From: an uncultured virus (IMG/VR IMGVR_UViG_3300042540_001084)
Lineage: Duplodnaviria > Heunggongvirae > Uroviricota > Caudoviricetes
Strand: one strand, 5' to 3'
Length of the DNA: 64,000 nucleotides
IMG/VR virus record: IMGVR_UViG_3300042540_001084
Translations under genes and position numbers: made by a program
The notes under the pieces: model-generated
Seen by the model: only the letters and a program-made list of their open reading frames with translations
The model's database searches: none
What the model was told of the DNA's origin: nothing
Shown: piece by piece, positions 57,807-64,000 of the stretch
Layout of the letters: each line of letters opens with the position of its first letter
How positions within the stretch are numbered: the first letter of the stretch is position 1

Positions 57807-59054
57807 ATGAAAATTTTTGTTCAAATTGCGTCCTATAGAGACCCACAACTCGTTCCAACAATTAAGAATATGTTGGAAAATGCTAAAAAACCAAAAAATA
57901 TTAGATTTGGTATTGCAAGACAATTTCACCCCGATGATAAATTTGACAGTTTAGAAGAATTTGAAGGGGATAAAAGATTCAGAGTTTTAGATATTCCACA
58001 CGAAGAATCTAAAGGCGTTTGTTGGGCTAGAAACTTAACACAACAACTTTATGAGGGTGAAGAATATACCCTACAAATTGACTCACATATGAGGTTCGCA
58101 CCTAATTGGGATGACGAGATGATTAAGATGATTAAACAACTTCAAAAGAAAGGTCATAAAAAACCTTTATTAACAGGATATGTTTCATCATTTGACCCTG
58201 AAAACGACCCTGCAGGTAGAGTTCAAGACCCTTGGAGAATGGTTTTTGATAGATTTATTCCTGAAGGTGCGGTATTTTTCTTACCTGAAACAATTCCTGG
58301 TTGGCAAGATTTAAAAGAACCAATCCCCGCAAGATTCTATTCTGCACACTATTGTTTTACATTAGGTGAATTCTCAAACGAGGTACAACACAATCCCGAA
58401 TATTACTTCCACGGAGAAGAAATTTCAATCGCCGCAAGAGCATATACTTGGGGTTATGATTTGTTTCACCCACATAAAACATTAATTTGGCACGAGTATA
58501 CTCGTAAAGGAAGAACAAAACAATGGGATGATGACAAAGAATGGGTTAATAAAAATAATCACTCACACTTAACAAATAGAAAGTTGTTTGGTATGGACGG
58601 TGAAACTCAAGAAGGTCACGATGGTCCTTATGGCTTTGGTACCGTTAGAAGTTTAAGAGATTATGAAAAATATGCGGGTCTTTTATTTGAAAAAAGAGCT
58701 GTTCAGCAATACACAATTGATAAAAAATATCCGCCAAATCCATACAATTATGAGTCTGAAGATGATTGGAAAGCCGATTTCGCACAAGTATTCAAACACT
58801 GTATTGATATTGGTTATTCTTCAGTACCTGAAAAAGATTATGATTTTTGGGTGGTTGCGTTCCACAATGAAAATGATGAAACAATCTTTAGAAAAGACGC
58901 TGATAAAAATGAAATTACTTCAATGTTAAGAGACCCTGATGGATATTGTAAAGTATGGAGAGAATTCCAAACAGCAGAAAAACCTAAATATTGGGTTGTA
59001 TGGCCTCACTCAGAATCTAAGGGTTGGTGTGATAGATTAACAGGAAATCTTTAA
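57807..59054 (+). CDS. GT60-like polypeptide alpha-GlcNAc transferase (Gnt1/OGNT type)
   Basis: IFVQIASYRD, GVCWAR, Y.LQIDSHMRF...WD, FHGEEI..AAR.YT.GYD.F.P...WH.Y. Confidence 0.8.
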   Translation: MKIFVQIASYRDPQLVPTIKNMLENAKKPKNIRFGIARQFHPDDKFDSLEEFEGDKRFRVLDIPHEESKGVCWARNLTQQLYEGEEYTLQIDSHMRFAPNWDDEMIKMIKQLQKKGHKKPLLTGYVSSFDPENDPAGRVQDPWRMVFDRFIPEGAVFFLPETIPGWQDLKEPIPARFYSAHYCFTLGEFSNEVQHNPEYYFHGEEISIAARAYTWGYDLFHPHKTLIWHEYTRKGRTKQWDDDKEWVNKNNHSHLTNRKLFGMDGETQEGHDGPYGFGTVRSLRDYEKYAGLLFEKRAVQQYTIDKKYPPNPYNYESEDDWKADFAQVFKHCIDIGYSSVPEKDYDFWVVAFHNENDETIFRKDADKNEITSMLRDPDGYCKVWREFQTAEKPKYWVVWPHSESKGWCDRLTGNL

Positions 59055-59057
59055 AAA

Positions 59058-59795
59058 ATGAAGTTCAATACAATACCAAAATTTGTAGTAAATCTTGAAA
59101 GAAGACCTGATAGATTAGAATCCATTAAAAAAGAAATGGAATATCTTGAATGGGATTTTGAGTTATTCAAGGCGGTTGATACTAATAGCCACGTGGGTTG
59201 TACACTTTCCCACACGGCTATTTTAAAAATTGCGAAAGAAAGAGGATATAAAGAAGTTCTTATTATTGAAGATGATTGTGTTGTTATGCCGTATGCAAAA
59301 TCTTTATTAAAAGCAATCGAAGATGAGTGTCAAAGTCTTGAATACGCAGTTTTTAACTTGGCACCAACTTTAAATAGATATGTTAATAGGAGCGAAAAAC
59401 ACCCACTATTAAATGATATTACTAATCTACCACCAGCGTCTCCTGAACACAGAGGTATTTTTGCAACAAATATGATATTGTATCACGAATCATCATATGA
59501 TGATGTTATTTCCATAGAAGAAGATGAACGTAGAAGATTTTACGCAGTGGATGATTACATATATCAAAAAGTATATTTAAAAAAACAAAGTTATTGCCCA
59601 ATTCTACCCATAGCACCACAAATTACTAATGACTGGTCAGACGTTTCACAACAAATGTGTAATAATTTTTACGGTCAAACATACAATTGGAACCTTTATA
59701 GTGAGGTAAAAATACCTAATGAGTTTATGAATAACGTAAACAATAAAACAATGAAAAAAGAAAACATTCATAAAGAATATTATTATGTCAGTTAA
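59058..59795 (+). CDS. Glycosyltransferase family 25
   Basis: VNLERRPDR, F.AVD, GCTLSH, LIIEDD. Confidence 0.85.
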   Translation: MKFNTIPKFVVNLERRPDRLESIKKEMEYLEWDFELFKAVDTNSHVGCTLSHTAILKIAKERGYKEVLIIEDDCVVMPYAKSLLKAIEDECQSLEYAVFNLAPTLNRYVNRSEKHPLLNDITNLPPASPEHRGIFATNMILYHESSYDDVISIEEDERRRFYAVDDYIYQKVYLKKQSYCPILPIAPQITNDWSDVSQQMCNNFYGQTYNWNLYSEVKIPNEFMNNVNNKTMKKENIHKEYYYVS

Positions 59796-60666
59796 ATTTA
59801 TAACCTGTATTTACGGTGACCTATATGGGACTGAGTTAGGCGGTAGACCATCAAGATTTGGTCATTACTTAAATTCACTTCTCTCACTATTAAAAATGAC
59901 CGATGCTGATTTTGTGTGTTATACCTCAACAAGAGAAATTGATAGATTAAAAAATTTCTTTTATGTTGAAAATGGTATATCTGAAGATAAATTAAAATTT
60001 GAGTTGTCTAACTTAAGAACCACAAGATATGAAACACTACTTCAAAAGTATAAAAACTATGAAGACGCTAAAAAAAGTGATAGATGTTTTGAAATACAAT
60101 ATCAAAAGTTTAGTTGGTGGTGGAACGAAGATAAAACATACGATTATTATTATTGGATTGATGCTGGTTTATCACATAGCGGATTAATACCGAACAAATA
60201 CCTTACGGTAGAAAACGGTCCAAGAAAGTTTTATGAGTCATCGTTATTTAATAATGATTTTTTAAAAAATGTTGTAGAATTTTCAGGAGATAAATTCTTT
60301 TTGATTGGTAAAGATAATGATAGAAATTTTTGGTCTCAAACAGTTGACCCAAAATGGTATACCAATTATGATAGAACAATTCATATTATTGGTGGTATGT
60401 TCGGTGGTAAACGAGAATTATGGGAGACATTAGTACCTATGTTTGAGAATTACGCTGACAAGATTATTGAAGAGGATAAAAGACCTTTTCCTGAAGAATT
60501 GTTTATGACACTAATGTTTTACAACCATTCAGAATATTTTGTTAGAAAACATTTTGATACTTGGTGGTGTAGAGATAACGCTCCAAGAGAAACCCCTGAC
60601 AGTTACTTTGTTGAAAACAAAAGTTTCTATAAAATTTTAGAAGAATTAAATAAAATCGATGAGTAA
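59785..60666 (+). CDS. HtrL/WlaTC-like glycosyltransferase
   Basis: YYWIDAG, IIGGMFGG, EE.FM. Confidence 0.65.
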   Translation: MSVKFITCIYGDLYGTELGGRPSRFGHYLNSLLSLLKMTDADFVCYTSTREIDRLKNFFYVENGISEDKLKFELSNLRTTRYETLLQKYKNYEDAKKSDRCFEIQYQKFSWWWNEDKTYDYYYWIDAGLSHSGLIPNKYLTVENGPRKFYESSLFNNDFLKNVVEFSGDKFFLIGKDNDRNFWSQTVDPKWYTNYDRTIHIIGGMFGGKRELWETLVPMFENYADKIIEEDKRPFPEELFMTLMFYNHSEYFVRKHFDTWWCRDNAPRETPDSYFVENKSFYKILEELNKIDE

Positions 60667-62338
60667 AATTACATTTGTAACCGGACTTTGGAATATTAAA
60701 CGTGACTCTTTGACTGAAGGATGGTCAAGGTCGTTTGACCATTATCTACAAAAGTTCTCGGAACTTTTAAGACAAGACACTAACTTTATTATTTTTGGTG
60801 ATAAAGAACTTGAAGAATTCGTATTTTCACAACCAAATAGAAATAATGAAAATACCCAATTTATTGTAAGACCTCAAGAATGGTTTAAAAATGATTTTTA
60901 TGAAATCATTCAGTCTATAAGAACAAACCCTGAATGGTATAGTCAATCGGGATGGCTGCCAGAATCAACTCAAGCAAAACTTGATATGTATAACCCTCTT
61001 GTTATGTCAAAAATGTTTGTATTGCACGATGCAAAAATATTTGACAAATTTGACTCCACACATTTGTTTTGGATTGATGCAGGTATTACAAATACGGTTC
61101 ATCCTGGATATTTTACACACGATAAAATTCAAGAAAAATTCGATAAGGTATTTCCAAGATTTGGGTTTGTGGCGTTCCCATATGACGCTGAAAATGAAAT
61201 TCACGGATTCAAATACCCAACGATTAATGATTACGCAGGACAAGATGTAAAACTTGTTTGTAGAGGAGGTTTGTTTGGTGGATTAAAAAGTATGATAACA
61301 GACGTTAATAGTCTTTATTATAGTGTTTTAAGTGAGACTTTAGGTAGAGGTTTAATGGGCACTGAAGAATCTTTATTCAGTATTATGTTATACAGACACA
61401 ACGATATGTTTGATTACCACGAAATTGATGGTAACGGACTTATCTCTAAGTTTTGTGAAGATGTTAAAAATGATACCTATAAAGTTAAAAATATTTCAGG
61501 TAAACAGTCTTATAGTGATTTAGATTATGATAACACCTCACTCTATGTAATTACATTCAATAGTCCTAATCAATTTAAAACATTGATTAAGTCTATGGAG
61601 TTATATGATGAAAATTTCTTAACAAAACCTAAAAAGAAATATCTTTTAGATAATTCAAGTGACTTGTCAACTACCGAGGAATACTCGGAACTTTGTAAGT
61701 TATACGAGTTTGAACACATTAAAAAAGATAACTTAGGTATCTGTGGTGGTAGACAATTTATCGCTGAACACGCACAAGAAAATGGTTTTGATTTTTATTG
61801 GTTCTTTGAAGACGATATGTTCTTCTATGATGGTAAAGATACTGTTTGTAGAAATGGGTTCATTAGAAATATTCAGGACCTATACAATAAGTCTATGAAG
61901 ATTACCCGAGAAAACTCATTAGACTTTTTGAAACTAAATTATTCTGAGTTTTTTGGGGACAATGGAGTTCAATGGTCTTGGTATAATGTTCCTCAAACAG
62001 TTAGAGAAAAGTTTTGGCCTGAAAAACCAAACCTACCTGTTCAAGGATTAGACCCTAATGCGCCAAGAACTAAATTTGATGCAGTATATTCATATCAAGG
62101 ATTACCTTATGGTATTGGTGAAGTTTATTATTGTAACTGGCCACAAGTTGTTACAAGATATGGAAACGAGAAAATGTTCTTAACAACAAAGTGGGACCGT
62201 CCTTTTGAACAAACTTGGATGAGTTACATTTTCCAAGAAACTAAAAAGGGTAATATCAAGTCGGCATTGTTATTTGCAACCCCAACTGAGCACGATAGAT
62301 TTGAACATTATGACAGAAGCTTGAGAAAAGAGTCTTAA
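60659..62338 (+). CDS. HtrL/WlaTC-like domain fused to a GT-A domain
   Basis: TFVTGLW.I.R, FWIDAG, GGLFGG, GTEE; second domain LDNS, N.GICGGR, FFEDD. Confidence 0.65.
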   Translation: MSKITFVTGLWNIKRDSLTEGWSRSFDHYLQKFSELLRQDTNFIIFGDKELEEFVFSQPNRNNENTQFIVRPQEWFKNDFYEIIQSIRTNPEWYSQSGWLPESTQAKLDMYNPLVMSKMFVLHDAKIFDKFDSTHLFWIDAGITNTVHPGYFTHDKIQEKFDKVFPRFGFVAFPYDAENEIHGFKYPTINDYAGQDVKLVCRGGLFGGLKSMITDVNSLYYSVLSETLGRGLMGTEESLFSIMLYRHNDMFDYHEIDGNGLISKFCEDVKNDTYKVKNISGKQSYSDLDYDNTSLYVITFNSPNQFKTLIKSMELYDENFLTKPKKKYLLDNSSDLSTTEEYSELCKLYEFEHIKKDNLGICGGRQFIAEHAQENGFDFYWFFEDDMFFYDGKDTVCRNGFIRNIQDLYNKSMKITRENSLDFLKLNYSEFFGDNGVQWSWYNVPQTVREKFWPEKPNLPVQGLDPNAPRTKFDAVYSYQGLPYGIGEVYYCNWPQVVTRYGNEKMFLTTKWDRPFEQTWMSYIFQETKKGNIKSALLFATPTEHDRFEHYDRSLRKES

Positions 62339-62356
62339 CAAAGTATTTATCTTTGT

Positions 62357-62734
62357 ATGGAATTCTTTATCAGAAAAAATGCTACTTTACCTGTATTAAA
62401 AATGCAGGTCGTTCAAGACGGTAGGTCAGGTTATTTGGAGTTGATGGACCTTTTAGAGGTTTCAGCAATATACTTCTCAATGATTAATGAGGCAACGGGT
62501 ATTCCCAAGATTGTTTCAGCGCCCTGTTCTATTGTTAGTTTAATTTTGGCTGACGGAGCTCCAACAGAATATTATATCTACTATCAATTTACTGCAAGGG
62601 ACACAAATACTCCTGGTAGATACAAAGGACAATTCTTAATCAAGAACTTTGAGGGTGATTTAATTGTTCCTATTAGAGAAGAGTTGTATATTAATGTTGA
62701 AGACAGCTTTATTGCAAAAACTGCTTGTTGCTAA
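62357..62734 (+). CDS. Small beta protein resembling a BppU N-terminal (baseplate) domain
   Basis: F.I.K..T.P.L...YQF...DT..PG.Y.GQF.I; TATTTAT upstream. Confidence 0.5.
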   Translation: MEFFIRKNATLPVLKMQVVQDGRSGYLELMDLLEVSAIYFSMINEATGIPKIVSAPCSIVSLILADGAPTEYYIYYQFTARDTNTPGRYKGQFLIKNFEGDLIVPIREELYINVEDSFIAKTACC

Positions 62735-62766
62735 TTGACAGATTCACTTTTACAATCTATATTTAT
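62735..62766 (+). promoter_or_regulatory. Promoter for the DNA polymerase: TTGACA-N17-TATATT overlapping TATTTAT
   Basis: TTGACA 62735-62740, TATATT 62758-62763, TATTTAT 62760-62766. Confidence 0.5.
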
Positions 62767-62773
62767 AGTTGAA

Positions 62774-62819
62774 TGAGTAAGACAAACTCCACACGGTGTG
62801 GAAGAAAATAAGTCACTCG
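62774..62819 (+). promoter_or_regulatory. Structured 5' leader of the DNA polymerase gene
   Basis: GAGT(AA)GAC/GTCACTC outer stem enclosing a TCCACA-CGG-TGTGGA hairpin. Confidence 0.55.
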
Positions 62820-62833
62820 GTAAAACTTAAATT

Positions 62834-64000
62834 ATGATTGAACAACAAGAAATCAAAGAATTCTTGGAAGGGAACGACCCTGAAGAATTTATCGTGGCGG
62901 TAGAATTTGATTACGCCTCAGACTCCATTTATAAAATCAAAGAAATTCCTGGTAAGGGTAAAGAAATCCGAAAAGATACATTCATTCCATTTTGTTGGGT
63001 TGGTGATTTACGTGGATTAAATTTCTACGGAAACTCCAAAGGAGCTCAAAAAGAAGCAATGTCAAAACACGGGATTGTTATTGACAAATTAGATACTCAC
63101 GGTGATGAACGAATGGAAAAAGGTTTGACCTATATGGTTAAATCTTTGAAGGGGTATAGAAGTTTGATTCAGTTCTTCCGTGATGGTGGAGCAGACCCTT
63201 GGGGTGAAAAATTTAAAGATAAGATTTTGATTCTACCACCTGTAGAACAATATTTCGTTTCAAAACAAAAACGATTATTTAAGGGGTATGAAGACTATGA
63301 TGACGTGTCTCGATTGGTATTCGACTTAGAGACGACCTCACTCGAACCAAGAGACGGTCGTATCTTTATGATTGGTATTAGAACAAACAAAGGTTATAAT
63401 AGAATTATCGAATGTATTGATGAGACACAAGAGAAGAGCGGTATTATCGAGTTCTTCAAAGTAATTAATGAACTCAAACCAAGTATTATCGGTGGTTACA
63501 ACTCAGCAAACTTTGACTGGTATTGGATTTTTGAAAGATGTAAGGCGTTGGGAATTGACATCAAAAAAATATGTCACTCATTACATCCCGAACATTCCAT
63601 ATCACAAAAGAAAAACTTGTTGAAACTCGCAAACGAAGTTGAGGATTTTATGCAGACTTCTATTTGGGGTTACAATGTAATTGATATTATTCACGCGGTC
63701 CGTAGAGCTCAAGCAATTAACTCATCAATCAAATCTGCGGGTTTGAAGTATATTGCAGAATATGTAAACGCAAAAGAACCAGACCGAGTTTATATTGGTC
63801 ACGACTCTATTGGTAAGATGTATCAGGAAAAGAAAGAGTATTGGTTAAACATCAAAAATGGTGAGTATCGTAAAAAGGGTGACTATGTTGATTTGGATAA
63901 AAAGTTTCCTGACACTTATCTATTAACTGATGGTGCCGAATTGGTTGAACGATATCTCCAAGATGACTTGGAAGAAACCTTAAAAGTTGATAAAGAATTC
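62834..64000 (+). CDS. Family B DNA polymerase, N-terminal/exonuclease part (runs off the window)
   Basis: Open frame from ATG 62834 (MIEQQEIKEFLEG...); ExoI LVFDLETTSL, ExoII IIGGYNSANFDW, GLKYIA, ExoIII YLQDD. Confidence 0.85.
   Translation, partial: MIEQQEIKEFLEGNDPEEFIVAVEFDYASDSIYKIKEIPGKGKEIRKDTFIPFCWVGDLRGLNFYGNSKGAQKEAMSKHGIVIDKLDTHGDERMEKGLTYMVKSLKGYRSLIQFFRDGGADPWGEKFKDKILILPPVEQYFVSKQKRLFKGYEDYDDVSRLVFDLETTSLEPRDGRIFMIGIRTNKGYNRIIECIDETQEKSGIIEFFKVINELKPSIIGGYNSANFDWYWIFERCKALGIDIKKICHSLHPEHSISQKKNLLKLANEVEDFMQTSIWGYNVIDIIHAVRRAQAINSSIKSAGLKYIAEYVNAKEPDRVYIGHDSIGKMYQEKKEYWLNIKNGEYRKKGDYVDLDKKFPDTYLLTDGAELVERYLQDDLEETLKVDKEF

Noticed and set aside
2162..61250. Other short ORFs nested in or antisense to long genes (e.g. 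2162, 4315, 10049, 19754, 24552, 46980, 58663, 60981)
   Set aside because: They are fully overlapped by better-supported genes and show no recognisable motifs or expression signals
62781..62820. c-di-GMP-I riboswitch call
   Set aside because: No GNRA tetraloop and no second hairpin with a receptor; kept only as an unassigned structured leader

Overview
This window is part of a large, AT-rich T4-like (jumbo) dsDNA phage genome, read in the standard genetic code. The host is probably Bacteroidota: there are TTTG-N19/20-TAnnTTTG promoters, a Flavobacteria-like bS21 and ClpC, and no obvious Shine-Dalgarno sites. From left to right it contains: (1) tRNA-Ser, a tmRNA with an unusually long tag, a peptidase, a ClpC lacking its N-domain and a divergent double-UVR protein; (2) the head module (terminase, portal, bS21, prohead protease, scaffold, major capsid); (3) probable baseplate genes and a gp55-like late sigma factor; (4) an ~18 kb minus-strand glycan-synthesis and modification locus (GTs, Gmd, aminotransferase, methyltransferases, CysC, sulfotransferase, a candidate minimal ATP sulfurylase) interleaved with PhoH, dUTPase and an exonuclease; (5) three adjacent Thr/Pro-rich mucin-like modular proteins (a fourth lies at 8.1-9.8 kb), followed directly by a GT60-like protein O-GlcNAc transferase and three more GTs; (6) the start of a family-B DNA polymerase behind a structured leader. 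The most striking candidate system is phage-encoded mucin-type O-glycosylation, possibly with fucosylation, methylation and sulfation, of virion surface proteins. The second is a tmRNA/ClpC/UVR proteostasis module. All family calls come from motif recognition by eye; no searches were run.
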